A stretch of DNA of 64,000 nt from a virus. Taxonomy: Duplodnaviria; Heunggongvirae; Uroviricota; Caudoviricetes. Position 1 is the stretch's first letter; every line of letters begins with the position of its first letter. This document shows positions 10,385 through 19,955 of this stretch, one piece after another. Position numbers and translations under genes: made by a program. The notes under the pieces are model-generated. The model was not told where the DNA came from. It was given only the letters and a program-made list of their open reading frames with translations, and made no database searches. Location: the IMG/VR virus record IMGVR_UViG_3300010213_000001, positions 180,701-244,700 of that record; one strand, written 5' to 3'.

Positions 10385-11101
10385 TTATGCTTCTTCCTGT
10401 TCATTGTCATTGAACTTAGATTTGTATATATTATAACCTCTCTCTAAGCCTTTGACAACTGTTAGATTCTCATAGATTGCATAAGCTTCATCAGAAATGA
10501 TATCTGACTCACTCTTAATTCTACGTAAAGCTTTCCATGCTTTTGCTGCTTCTGTCCATTCATCAACAAGTTCAGACTTTACAATCTTGTGGGAATTCTT
10601 CTCAAGATAATTTTTAGCCTTTTCCTTATTATAATGCTCAAATACTACTGATTTTCCGTCAATATAATGAACAGTTAAATATGCTCTGAATATACTTACA
10701 TCTTTACCGTTTCTTTGTCTCATTCTTACGAATTCACCATTCGCATTGACTTCCATCATCTTTTTCTCTATATCATTCAATATAGCATCATTTGTGATAA
10801 GGTCAACTTTCAATAGATTTTCTTTTACCTTTTTCTCTTCTTTCTTTTTAGCTTGCGATAAGGCGCTATTGATTGTATCAATCAAAGTTTTAAATTCTAA
10901 TAATTCATCAGCAGTTGGAATCTGATCATTGTCAGCATCAATACTGTTTAGGATTTCTACACTCTGTTCAAATTCCTTCTTGTAAGAAGGTTTTTCAGTA
11001 ACGAAAGAGTTAATATCCTCTAAAGTTTTCTTAGCTACTTCTTTGATAAATTCCATATCAATTACGCCGCTAGTTGCTAATTTCTGAGCTAATTGTTCCA
11101 T
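10385..11101 (-). CDS. hypothetical protein
   Basis: ORF track; coiled-coil-like, charged composition. Confidence 0.5.
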   Translation of the reverse strand: MEQLAQKLATSGVIDMEFIKEVAKKTLEDINSFVTEKPSYKKEFEQSVEILNSIDADNDQIPTADELLEFKTLIDTINSALSQAKKKEEKKVKENLLKVDLITNDAILNDIEKKMMEVNANGEFVRMRQRNGKDVSIFRAYLTVHYIDGKSVVFEHYNKEKAKNYLEKNSHKIVKSELVDEWTEAAKAWKALRRIKSESDIISDEAYAIYENLTVVKGLERGYNIYKSKFNDNEQEEA

Positions 11102-11128
11102 AATTAGGTGTTTGTTTAAGTTTTAAAT

Positions 11129-11527
11129 TTATATAATAGAATCGAACAGTATTAAAATCTGAGTAAATAACAACATAAACATTAATATTGTTAGAATTAT
11201 CTTTGATGGTAGTACTAATTTATGGCTGTGGTCGTATATCATAACTATAATAACTAATATACTTACCTCTACTATCAATACTACACTTAGATAAAACACA
11301 CTATTTAATACAAGTTCATAATTGTATACTATAAAATTATATAGTTGTATTAGCTTGTTCCGAACTACAATAAGCTCGTTACTACTTAACATATCAAGTA
11401 CATAATTTAATTTTAAATGAAGGTAGTATAATGAATTATACCCTATACTGAAAACTAATGCTAATGATAACAACATTAGTAAGAATGAAATGTCTTTGCT
11501 ATCTGTATCTTCTTTATCTAGAATCAT
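11129..11527 (-). CDS. hypothetical small membrane protein (weak)
   Basis: Very hydrophobic, low-complexity translation; may be a spurious call in an AT-rich intergenic segment. Confidence 0.3.
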   Translation of the reverse strand: MILDKEDTDSKDISFLLMLLSLALVFSIGYNSLYYLHLKLNYVLDMLSSNELIVVRNKLIQLYNFIVYNYELVLNSVFYLSVVLIVEVSILVIIVMIYDHSHKLVLPSKIILTILMFMLLFTQILILFDSII

Positions 11528-11756
11528 ACTCTATAATGTTTATGAAAGTCCATCTATTTGAGCTACTTATATAACCTGATTTTATATAAGTCTCTCTTGT
11601 ATCTATTAGATATACATTAATAGATTTAAAAGTAATTTTTATTTCCGTATCTCCTATTTTTATGCCTGTAGGAACTCCAAAGTAAATTCTATCTTTAACT
11701 CTTTTATAAATTGGAATCTTTCTACCACAAGAAAATTGAATACCATAAATGTTCAT
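11514..11756 (-). CDS. hypothetical protein
   Basis: ORF track. Confidence 0.4.
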   Translation of the reverse strand: MNIYGIQFSCGRKIPIYKRVKDRIYFGVPTGIKIGDTEIKITFKSINVYLIDTRETYIKSGYISSSNRWTFINIIEYDSR

Positions 11757-11773
11757 TAGTTAAGTAGTTAAAA

Positions 11774-12286
11774 TTACTTACCTGTAGATCCTAAACCTCC
11801 TGCTCTTACATCTGATAATGTCTTTACTCCCTCTATCACGAATTGTGGTTTCACACAAATTAAAAGTTGTGATATGCGATCGAATCTTTGTATAGAGTGC
11901 CATCTAGGTGAAGTATTTATAAGTATAGTTTTTAACTCCTCCTTATAGTCACTATCTATAATTCCAGGACTATTAGCAACTACAATACCATTATTGGCAG
12001 CTAGCCCAGATCTACTACATACTTGTGCATAGCAATCCTTGTTCATCTCAACCACAGTACCATTACCACATATAATTCTGTCAAACGGGTAAATAGTAAG
12101 ATGTTCACCATCCTCAAGATTCTGGTTTATTTTACGTATCTTGCTGTCAGATAATTTGAATATACCAAATCTATAAATAGCTGATATAGAATCTAGTTTA
12201 AGATCTATACCAGCTGAAGTTGCAGTAGATTGTTGTGGAATAGAGCTACTGTTTTTATTCTTGAAACTGATTTTATATTCTCTCAT
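11774..12286 (-). CDS. dut: dUTP diphosphatase (dUTPase)
   Basis: Conserved trimeric-dUTPase motifs in order: AGIDL (motif 1), RSGLA (motif 3), GIIDSDYKEE (motif 4), RAGGLGSTGK (motif 5, C-terminal). Confidence 0.8.
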   Translation of the reverse strand: MREYKISFKNKNSSSIPQQSTATSAGIDLKLDSISAIYRFGIFKLSDSKIRKINQNLEDGEHLTIYPFDRIICGNGTVVEMNKDCYAQVCSRSGLAANNGIVVANSPGIIDSDYKEELKTILINTSPRWHSIQRFDRISQLLICVKPQFVIEGVKTLSDVRAGGLGSTGK

Positions 12287-12639
12287 TAATTTAATAAGAA
12301 TTTATTTTGGTTCAATGTTTTAGATACAAGTACTTCTTGAGACTCTGGAAATATAGTATAAAATAGTTTGTCTTTGACACAAACTAGAGTGCCCTCTACA
12401 ATTATATTTTCTGAGACAAGAATAAATAAGTCGTTCTTCTTGGATACTACATCTAATAATGTTGATATACCATCTAATTTTACTATACTATTTTTATTAA
12501 CATATAGTAAAACATATGTGCACTCCTCATTAGATATGCTTTCAATAGCAGTCTTCATATTACTAGTTAAGACTTGCTCATTTGTTTCTATTGCTGATAA
12601 TAGATTATTATACAGAGTTTCTTTCTTGGAATATTTCAT
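12286..12639 (-). CDS. hypothetical protein
   Basis: ORF track; plus-strand ORF 12368..12652 is a shadow. Confidence 0.5.
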   Translation of the reverse strand: MKYSKKETLYNNLLSAIETNEQVLTSNMKTAIESISNEECTYVLLYVNKNSIVKLDGISTLLDVVSKKNDLFILVSENIIVEGTLVCVKDKLFYTIFPESQEVLVSKTLNQNKFLLN

Positions 12640-14014
12640 ATTTTCCTCTTGAATTTTTTATTATGGTTTCTAGATCTTCGTTGTGAATACCTAATATAAA
12701 TCCATGTGTTACAATCTCTGGGGTGTACCTTCTATCGATAGGATCATCTCCATCATTAATTATAACTATTTGACATTTACTTAAATCAGGTTCAAACAAC
12801 TTCTTAATTAATTGAATAGCTTGCTTTAAACAAGATTCAATATTAGTAATTCCTTTTGTAAAAGAGCCAAAGCTTCCTGTCTTTATAAAAGCCAAAGCTT
12901 CATCTCTATTCTCAACTATAATGTGTCTATGTATAGTCTTTTCAAACCAACATATTAATAATCTAGCTTTATTATTAATAACAGCTTCTAATCTATTATA
13001 AACTATGGCTTCAACCCATAACTTCTTCTCAGTTGTGTTCATACTAGAGCTATCATCTATCATTAATAATAGATTCTGCTTATCTTCTGGAATATCTCTA
13101 TTTACTTGTAGTTGATTAGTACATAACTTATATTGGAAGTTAGGTAATACCATAGAGCTAAATGATGCTAGCTTCCCTATTTCTCCAATATGTTCCATCT
13201 GTTGGACTTTTCTAATATTTGGAGACTTAACTACTTTTATATTTCCTCTTGATTTTAGTATAGCCATCTTTTCTAAAAGACGTTTTTGTCTATCTGAAAG
13301 CTTTTGTATATTCTCTTCTGGAGATAGTTTATGATCTCTAAACATGAGATTTTCAATGCTTGATTCACTTCTAAGCATTCCTAATAGCTTCTGTTGTCTA
13401 TTTACAATTACCATAATAGCAGAGACTATACTTGCATCAATTTCTAGATTTTCCTCAGTATCTATAACTATCCCATCTGTTATAAGTTGTCTCTCATCCT
13501 CGAGTCTGATTAATTTCTGATTGATTATATTGATAACTTCGTCATCTTGCTCAGCTTTAATCATAACTCTTAGTTGATTTATAGTTTCGTTAAGTTCTTT
13601 AATCTTCTTCTCATTGTTTATTTTATTTTCTTCTTTTGTCTTATTAGACTTTCTATGTAAGACATCTTTAAATAATGTATAAGCATTTAGTGCTTTATCA
13701 AATGGATTAGATCCAGATATGCAGTTAAAGTTTATACTTAATATTATATCTTGAATGTTTTTATTATACTCATACTCTTCTTGAGTTATAAGACCTTGGT
13801 TTAATAACATAGATAAATCTACTAAACTCTTTTTAACACTAGATCCAAACAGTACATGAGTATAAGCATTACAGAGATCAGCTAGTAGATCAAAGGAATA
13901 ACTATGTTGTTGTTTTGAAGAGATACCATATGTAGTAAGATAATAACTAATTTCTAAGAAAGTAGGCTCTTTAAAGTTTTTATGTGAGACAGTTCTAACT
14001 ATTTTGCTTTCCAT
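12608..14014 (-). CDS. von Willebrand factor A (VWA) domain protein, partner of upstream MoxR-like ATPase
   Basis: C-terminal region LLLMIDDSSSM... carries a MIDAS DxSxS motif followed by a VWA-like hydrophobic pattern. Long coiled-coil N-terminal part. Sits immediately downstream of the MoxR-like gene, the classic MoxR–VWA operon order. Confidence 0.7.
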   Translation of the reverse strand: MESKIVRTVSHKNFKEPTFLEISYYLTTYGISSKQQHSYSFDLLADLCNAYTHVLFGSSVKKSLVDLSMLLNQGLITQEEYEYNKNIQDIILSINFNCISGSNPFDKALNAYTLFKDVLHRKSNKTKEENKINNEKKIKELNETINQLRVMIKAEQDDEVINIINQKLIRLEDERQLITDGIVIDTEENLEIDASIVSAIMVIVNRQQKLLGMLRSESSIENLMFRDHKLSPEENIQKLSDRQKRLLEKMAILKSRGNIKVVKSPNIRKVQQMEHIGEIGKLASFSSMVLPNFQYKLCTNQLQVNRDIPEDKQNLLLMIDDSSSMNTTEKKLWVEAIVYNRLEAVINNKARLLICWFEKTIHRHIIVENRDEALAFIKTGSFGSFTKGITNIESCLKQAIQLIKKLFEPDLSKCQIVIINDGDDPIDRRYTPEIVTHGFILGIHNEDLETIIKNSRGKYEIFQERNSV

Positions 14015-15030
14015 TTATCAAATATTTTCCTTAAGTGAGAAAATCTAGGTTCTCCGCACGCTAATAGTTTATCATATATTTTAGACTCTGCTTTAGATTC
14101 GGAGACTACTAATATATAGTAACCCCATACAGTTGACATAGTACTTGTTAGAATATTAGTAGTATCAGCTAGTAACTTAGCATTTGTAGTAGTAGCTTTG
14201 TATACACTAACAACTTCAAACATATCATTTAGATCTCGTAAGTAACTTTCGATTATTGGAGCTATACTTGGATCATCTATCTTTTTAAGCTGCATAAAAT
14301 CAAGCATATTCTTGCAATCTAAGATCATATCATTAAGTTGTATAGATATCTTTATGTTTTCTATTTCTGTATTAAATCTATCTACTGCAACAGAATACAT
14401 GTAATCAAGATAATCTGTACCGTTCAAGAATTCAAATCCTCCATTCTTAATTGCTGACATATATGTTTTATACGCCATCCTAGGAGGAATTATGTACTTA
14501 GGTCTACCAGGAGCAGGTTCTAAAGAAGCTCTAGAACATATAAAAGATACAGTATTTATATATGCTTCTCTTACCAGCATTTTACTATCTTCCTCATAAG
14601 AAGGAGCCTCTAAACTTAAAGCAGTATGATAATCCTTAAATGTATATGTGTTCCAGCTTATAAGTTGTTGGTAGTAGAATCTTTGCATTAAAGCTTCTAT
14701 ACTATCATCTGTAACTACTTCATGTCTTGATCTGTTTGTACAAGCTACAATCATTCTAGTTTTGAGAGGATGTACTTGATTACCATTCCTAACAATCTTA
14801 GATTGAAGCATATCCTTTAAGATGAGAATAATGTTAGGTACAGCATCCAATATTTCTTCTATGATTACAAATTCATGCTCTACAAATGCATTTGTTAATA
14901 AATATTCTAAGACTCCAGAATCTTGGAATTTCTTGATGTCAATACCTCCAAGTAACTTTTCTTCTGTTAGACCATGCCCAAATGTTATAACAAATGGTGG
15001 AGTTTTAATCTTCCCCGTTTCATATAGGTA
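13999..15030 (-). CDS. MoxR-family AAA+ ATPase, 3' exon (Walker B and sensor 1 region)
   Basis: Track ORF 13999..14850 starts at a TTG. The same frame stays open upstream to about 15060. Extended translation ...YLYETGKIKTPPFVITFGHGLTEEKLLGGIDIKKFQDSGVLEYLLTNAFVEHEFVIIEEILDAVPNIILILKDMLQSKIVRNGNQVHPLKTRMIVACTNRSRHE matches the MoxR pattern: 'IQFTPDLLPSDitG' segment, Walker B hhhhDE + NRA-like, and sensor 1 (ATQNP-like 'ACTNR'). Exon boundary is approximate (±30 nt). Confidence 0.6.
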   Translation of the reverse strand, partial: YLYETGKIKTPPFVITFGHGLTEEKLLGGIDIKKFQDSGVLEYLLTNAFVEHEFVIIEEILDAVPNIILILKDMLQSKIVRNGNQVHPLKTRMIVACTNRSRHEVVTDDSIEALMQRFYYQQLISWNTYTFKDYHTALSLEAPSYEEDSKMLVREAYINTVSFICSRASLEPAPGRPKYIIPPRMAYKTYMSAIKNGGFEFLNGTDYLDYMYSVAVDRFNTEIENIKISIQLNDMILDCKNMLDFMQLKKIDDPSIAPIIESYLRDLNDMFEVVSVYKATTTNAKLLADTTNILTSTMSTVWGYYILVVSESKAESKIYDKLLACGEPRFSHLRKIFDKWKAK

Positions 15031-16024
15031 CTGACCAAACAGCCAAGCAGCGTGGCTTTTCTATTGTTATTATCCCTAGGCTTTTTATCCTAGGCTCTAG
15101 AGGTTTCCCTCATTTGCATCGGTTGGTCAATTCCAACCTAGTATAGCATATATTTTCACCCGCAATACATAATTACATTATGTTTGTTAGGGTGGCGGAC
15201 ACTCGTGGCGGTTTATATTCTTATTTCTAAGTTTCACCCACTATGCGTTACACTAGATAAGAACTTTTAAATTCTTACCTTAGCACGGTACTAGCATACA
15301 TCACTGTTTAGCCTCTACCGTTTTTGCCCACTCATTATCTATAGCATTACTACTATAGACGGCGTATTCTATCTTGTATAATCATGCATCTTTTCAACTT
15401 TTACTGTATTGTACTGGTATTTACTTTTTAAGAATTTCTTCTTTTTAGGTAATGTATTAGTTGAGTTAAGACCTTTTATGTGTTTTTTAATAGTAGTTCT
15501 ATAAACGCCTAATTTATCTACAACTTCTTGTATAGAAATAAATTCATCGTAAAACGTACCATCTCTCTTATAGACGTATATTGTCTTACCTGACGGCTTC
15601 TTTATAGTTCCGTTCTTATATCCTCTCTTTAAAGATTCAGATATTTTTATTTTATCTTCCTCTCTAAATGTTCTTAGAGAGCCTGGACCTTTGTCATAAA
15701 AGTTTGTTAATCTATGTTCGTATTTTTTTATAAGATTTTGTTCTAAAATATACGACTCATTCCAACCTTCTACTTCTGTTAGCTTTCTAACTAATGGTTT
15801 ACAATTTATCTTCAGCAAACTAAGAATCCAATCTCTTTTATGAGTTTTTTCTTTGCCATACTTTGCTCTATGGATATGTTGCGACAACCTAGCTTTAATG
15901 CTAACTTTAGTTCTACCAATATACCGTACTCTACATGTAATTGGGTCTATTAATGCATATATAGTTACTTTCATCCTGTAAACATACAGAATATTCTAGT
16001 AACCTACAAGTTTATAAGAATTTA
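15031..16024 (-). mobile_element. HEG-containing intervening sequence in MoxR-like gene (probable intron, class unresolved)
   Basis: About 1 kb separates the P-loop exon from the rest of the MoxR gene. It contains a GIY-YIG ORF in the same orientation, then a 335-nt ORF-free, GC-richer, hairpin-dense segment (15035..15368) with a P-element-like AAUUGCGGG motif (minus-strand reading of 15153..15166). Canonical R/S elements were not found by eye. Confidence 0.45.
15369..15974 (-). CDS. GIY-YIG homing endonuclease (I-TevI/Seg-like)
   Basis: N-terminus IYALIDPITCRVRYIGRTK...RLSQH is the GIY-YIG motif. Paralogous to the ORF at 31085..32014. Confidence 0.8.
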   Translation of the reverse strand: MKVTIYALIDPITCRVRYIGRTKVSIKARLSQHIHRAKYGKEKTHKRDWILSLLKINCKPLVRKLTEVEGWNESYILEQNLIKKYEHRLTNFYDKGPGSLRTFREEDKIKISESLKRGYKNGTIKKPSGKTIYVYKRDGTFYDEFISIQEVVDKLGVYRTTIKKHIKGLNSTNTLPKKKKFLKSKYQYNTVKVEKMHDYTR

Positions 16025-16237
16025 TTTTCCACCGTAGCCGCCAGGACCGAAGAACATAACATTTTCTTTGGTATTCCACGCATAAGCTAAAGTCTTAGCT
16101 CCACTAAAATTGTGGAGCCTTGAACCTATAACTTGTTGTACTTCAGCTACATCTACCATACTTTCCTTTTCTACAGGATCTACAAGATAGTCCTCTAAGG
16201 ATAAGTTTTTCTTGTTTCTGAAATTTGTAGAAGTCAT
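16025..16237 (-). CDS. MoxR-family AAA+ ATPase, 5' exon (N-terminus and glycine-rich P-loop)
   Basis: ...VAEVQQVIGSRLHNFSGAKTLAYAWNTKENVMFFGPGGYGGK then an in-frame stop. Matches the MoxR N-terminus ('viGq..', 'hvLLeGpPGtGKT'). The P-loop is slightly non-canonical (GPGGYGGK). Exact 5' splice site unresolved. Confidence 0.55.
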
Positions 16238-16239
16238 AA

Positions 16240-17019
16240 CTATTGTAATTTGTATTCTTTTTCCGCTAATAATTTCTCTTCTTCAACTAATATAGAATAT
16301 ACTCTCTGAGCTTCTTTCTTAAGTTGATCAATCTCTAAGTTAGAGTGAAATATAAAATACCAATTATCATCAATAGCTACAATTTCTCCTTTGTGAGAAC
16401 AAATCTCAAATTTACCTATCTGCTCTTCACCGTTCCAAACATTCTTAATTTTTAAATCAATTCTACTTGGACAAAATGCTTCAGCAATTGTTGATCTAAC
16501 AATAAAGGACTTTTGTACACCTTCTTTACTAGATATCTCCTCGTTTTCTATAAAAATTTGTTTAAGCTTTTCATTTACAGTCCCAAACTCTTGCAAAACT
16601 GCATGTTCAAGTTCTTCCTTCAACGAATCCATGATGTCTTTGTATAGCTTGAATTTTCTAGTTTGAAAAGAGTCATTATCTAATACATCTAAAATCTTAT
16701 GATTTGGTGTTACTACTTTTGTACAATTAGAAAATTTTGGACCTTTTCTAGCTACCTTAGGTTTTTCCTCAGCTTGCTTTGCCATTCTTGCAAGTAGCTC
16801 TCCAAGATTGTTTAATGAAGGTTCCTCATCTTGCTCATTAGTATCCCAATTTGGATCATTAGCAAAGTCACGAACTTGCCCGTATAAAAAGGCTGACTTA
16901 GGAACGCCTATCCCCACTTCAAATTTGGAATCTCCTTTGTTTGTTTCTAAGATATACATAGACCAACCATTTTCCAATTGATCTAGAGCAACTATATTTG
17001 TGTTATCTACTAACCTCAT
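16240..17019 (-). CDS. hypothetical protein
   Basis: ORF track; ends 2 nt before the MoxR start. Confidence 0.5.
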   Translation of the reverse strand: MRLVDNTNIVALDQLENGWSMYILETNKGDSKFEVGIGVPKSAFLYGQVRDFANDPNWDTNEQDEEPSLNNLGELLARMAKQAEEKPKVARKGPKFSNCTKVVTPNHKILDVLDNDSFQTRKFKLYKDIMDSLKEELEHAVLQEFGTVNEKLKQIFIENEEISSKEGVQKSFIVRSTIAEAFCPSRIDLKIKNVWNGEEQIGKFEICSHKGEIVAIDDNWYFIFHSNLEIDQLKKEAQRVYSILVEEEKLLAEKEYKLQ

Positions 17020-17254
17020 AATTATTAATTTGCAATTGAGCTAATTTATTATTTACTAGATACATAAATAAATATAGTCTGACTAGACTCTGTTTGTATT
17101 CAGCAAATCTATTTTTGTTTATCCTATCTATGTGGTACTTATATTTATTAATAAGTCTAACACATTGTTTCTCGTTTATAGATTTTAACTTAACTTCTTT
17201 AGAACTTATAGATACCATAAAGTCGTCAGCAACTATGTCTTTAATGTTTACCAT
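17003..17254 (-). CDS. hypothetical protein
   Basis: ORF track. Confidence 0.45.
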   Translation of the reverse strand: MVNIKDIVADDFMVSISSKEVKLKSINEKQCVRLINKYKYHIDRINKNRFAEYKQSLVRLYLFMYLVNNKLAQLQINNYEVSR

Positions 17255-17540
17255 TATTAATAAATCTGTAAGCTAATTCTCTATATTGTAAATAAGTAAA
17301 TAGTCCAAGACCGCTACTAACATCTTTATTAATGTTGTCTAGATTAACAGAAACTATTGCTGCTGCTTTGTTACATAGTACTATGCTACTAGCTAATTGT
17401 TCATCAGTTGCTTCTTTAAAAGCTATATTAGTATCCTTAGCTAAGAGATGCATATCACTCTCCTCGGTTGTTTTAAGTATATTGTTTTCTCTAATTGTAG
17501 AAAATAGCTCACTATACTTAGTAACTAGTTCATCAAACAT
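17241..17540 (-). CDS. hypothetical protein
   Basis: ORF track. Confidence 0.45.
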   Translation of the reverse strand: MFDELVTKYSELFSTIRENNILKTTEESDMHLLAKDTNIAFKEATDEQLASSIVLCNKAAAIVSVNLDNINKDVSSGLGLFTYLQYRELAYRFINNGKH

Positions 17541-17542
17541 AA

Positions 17543-18004
17543 TTAGACATTAAAGTACAATTCACACTTATTAAGATCAATTGGAGGTGAATTATCTATT
17601 ATTGATTCTAATAAGATATTAGTTGCTTTTTTAACTTTGTTAGGAAAATTCATATTTTCAATATTTCTATTGAACGAAATACTACTATTATCCAAGTCTG
17701 CAATTCTTTTTCTATTGTCTTTATAACTATTAGTAACTATATGGAACATATCATATAAGTTAGACATATTAAAGTTATCTTTACTCATATCTCTAGCTAT
17801 ATTATTAATAAGCTTCATCACATAACTATATCTCTTCTCTTTAGGTAGAGACGACATAACTGTATACTCTTCTTTTGAAATTGGATTAAGTAATAGACAA
17901 GAAGCAATTAGGTTTCTTTGTACTTTGTCATTTACAAAATCTAATTGATCTTCTAATCTAACACTTAAATTTTCCAAAGTTGTTTTTAGTTGAGCCTTAT
18001 TCAT
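17543..18004 (-). CDS. hypothetical protein
   Basis: ORF track. Confidence 0.5.
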   Translation of the reverse strand: MNKAQLKTTLENLSVRLEDQLDFVNDKVQRNLIASCLLLNPISKEEYTVMSSLPKEKRYSYVMKLINNIARDMSKDNFNMSNLYDMFHIVTNSYKDNRKRIADLDNSSISFNRNIENMNFPNKVKKATNILLESIIDNSPPIDLNKCELYFNV

Positions 18005-18534
18005 AATGCACTCTTCATTAAATTTTTTAAAGATTGTGTCGATTGTTCTGCAATCGGAGTAAATTCTTCAATAATATCTGACACTTCTTCTGATATAGTC
18101 TTATTATCTACTAGTTCACTCTCAGCAATTAAAATCGTTTCATACTCAATACCTCTATCAATAAAGACCTCCATAGGAAGCAGGAGGAATTCTCCTTTCT
18201 TCACATCATCAACCATGTACTTTTTGATAAAATTATTATTTGGCTTAAGAATAGTAATGAATTCTCCACCTTCTCTCTTTTGTATACTTTCTAGCTTTTT
18301 AACTGTTCCTATATAGAAATTGGTAGCTATGTTAATTGGAATATTTTTTAACATCCACTCTTCATCAAATATAATAGTTGTAGTATTACCTTCTTTTTGA
18401 ACAGTACATGACCTATCAATGCTAATTTGTATTGGAATTGCAGATTGTGGTTTACTAGAAGTTATGAATTCTTCTAATGTTTGCGGATTCAGTTCTATCA
18501 TAGAATAAAAATTAATATTAAAATAGTTTGACAA
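18001..18534 (-). CDS. hypothetical protein
   Basis: ORF track; 4-nt overlap with upstream gene. Confidence 0.5.
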   Translation of the reverse strand: MSNYFNINFYSMIELNPQTLEEFITSSKPQSAIPIQISIDRSCTVQKEGNTTTIIFDEEWMLKNIPINIATNFYIGTVKKLESIQKREGGEFITILKPNNNFIKKYMVDDVKKGEFLLLPMEVFIDRGIEYETILIAESELVDNKTISEEVSDIIEEFTPIAEQSTQSLKNLMKSAL

Positions 18535-18886
18535 AATTGTCTAAAGGCATAGGTTCAATACTACTCTCTATAGTACAATCTAATCTACCATTTATATTTA
18601 ATAGATCATAGAAATATTTCATAGATTTATTAAACATATCAATAGTTATATCTTCCTCTAAATCTTCTTTAATTTTTTGAGGATGTGTACTAGACTCTAG
18701 TAAACTTAATTGTTCATCAAAATCTTCAGCAATATCATTAATAAGTACAAGAGATACAATAGGAGTTAATAACTCCTCTTGGTTTAGACTGTATACTGAA
18801 CACAAAGTTTTCAACACCTCTTTGTAATTCAGTTTATTGTCATTTATATTATGAAATATAATTTCCATATTAAAGTAAAAAAGCAC
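18518..18886 (-). CDS. hypothetical protein
   Basis: ORF track. Confidence 0.45.
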   Translation of the reverse strand: MLFYFNMEIIFHNINDNKLNYKEVLKTLCSVYSLNQEELLTPIVSLVLINDIAEDFDEQLSLLESSTHPQKIKEDLEEDITIDMFNKSMKYFYDLLNINGRLDCTIESSIEPMPLDNFVKLF

Positions 18887-18938
18887 ATAGATATTACTCT
18901 ATGTGCTTATTATTAGAGATTATCGATTTAGAGATAAA

Positions 18939-19199
18939 TTAGTTACCCTTAGGCTTAGTAGCTAAAGTTAATACAATTCTCTCGTTACCTGTCATACTCT
19001 TGTTTTTAATGTTCCCAAAGGTTGTGCGCTCACTAGCAGCTCCGTTGAAGAAGATTGTAATCTCACTATCATCTTTAATGCTAATACCAGCACCATTACT
19101 TCTAGCAGAAGAAATCAATTCTTGATAAGTCATTCCAGGGTGACATATAACTTCTGTAGACTGACTCATTTGACCAACTTTAACTTTGAATGTAGACAT
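18939..19199 (-). CDS. small beta-grasp / ubiquitin-like (ThiS/MoaD-like) protein candidate
   Basis: 86 aa, immediately downstream of the E1-like gene. Pattern KVKVG...TEV...PGMTYQEL......ITIFFNGAAS....NERIVLTL resembles the ThiS/MoaD layout. It ends KPKGN rather than GG, so conjugation competence is uncertain. Confidence 0.35.
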   Translation of the reverse strand: MSTFKVKVGQMSQSTEVICHPGMTYQELISSARSNGAGISIKDDSEITIFFNGAASERTTFGNIKNKSMTGNERIVLTLATKPKGN

Positions 19200-19257
19200 A
19201 ATTTTTGTTTATTTTTTGAGTTTCTTTATAAGAAGTAAATACACAAGTATACATTAA

Positions 19258-19953
19258 CTAAGCTTCTATAGATTGTACTGCCACTCCATCTGGAGCTCCA
19301 ACAGTATATTCTATATATGTACTAAATTTTTTGTCATTGATCATTTTCTTATATTGATCTTCAGCTAAGAGAGCAGCTTGTGCCATTGTACTTGCTACTG
19401 TAATTGGTGTACCACATGGGCTAACTTCTCTAGCTTCTGCCTCTTCATCAGTATAAAGAAAATTCTCATATGTCTTACAGCTTTCCATCTTCTGTGGAAT
19501 TATTGATAGAACAACTCCAGAGTATAAACCAACTCTAGTGTCTATAAACCCAAGAACTTTTCTATTTAGTTTGCATTTACTAAATATAAACTTTCTAGTT
19601 TCCATGCTATCAACTAAACAAAATACAAAACTGTCTTCCTTGGTAAGCTCACTTATATTATCCTCATCAATATGTCCTCTTGTTTCAACATTTACTGCTG
19701 GATTTATAGCAACCATAGCTCTTTTTACGGCTTCGCTTTTCTGGTTACCAATATCCTCATAGTTGAATAATTGATTTGGTTGATTTTCTGGTCCTACTAT
19801 GTCTTTATCCCAGAGAACAAAATTATCACATCCTAATCTAGTTAGTTGGTGTGCAATTCTGCTTCCTGTAGCACCACATCCAATAATGTGTATCTTGTGC
19901 GATTTAGTTTTTGAATAATCAAATATTGTGAAATGTCTTGAGATATCAATCAT
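19258..19953 (-). CDS. E1-like (ThiF/MoeB family) adenylyltransferase
   Basis: KIHIIGCGATGSRIAHQLTRLGCDNFVLWDKDIVGPENQPNQLF...GNQKSEAVKRAMVAINPAVNVE is the ThiF/E1 Rossmann signature (GxGxxG, acidic residue after beta2, NQxxQ, NP..V). Confidence 0.75.
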   Translation of the reverse strand: MIDISRHFTIFDYSKTKSHKIHIIGCGATGSRIAHQLTRLGCDNFVLWDKDIVGPENQPNQLFNYEDIGNQKSEAVKRAMVAINPAVNVETRGHIDEDNISELTKEDSFVFCLVDSMETRKFIFSKCKLNRKVLGFIDTRVGLYSGVVLSIIPQKMESCKTYENFLYTDEEAEAREVSPCGTPITVASTMAQAALLAEDQYKKMINDKKFSTYIEYTVGAPDGVAVQSIEA

Positions 19954-19955
19954 GA

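Noticed and set aside
15025-16030. Duplicated short coding motifs flanking intron sites (GGA-AAA 'GK' on both sides of the MoxR insertion; 'DMPN' 40 aa apart around the Ro60 intron) as target-site duplications
   Set aside because: Group I introns do not generate target-site duplications, and the repeats are 6–12 nt and compatible with chance or internal protein repeats. They do make the exact MoxR splice junction ambiguous.
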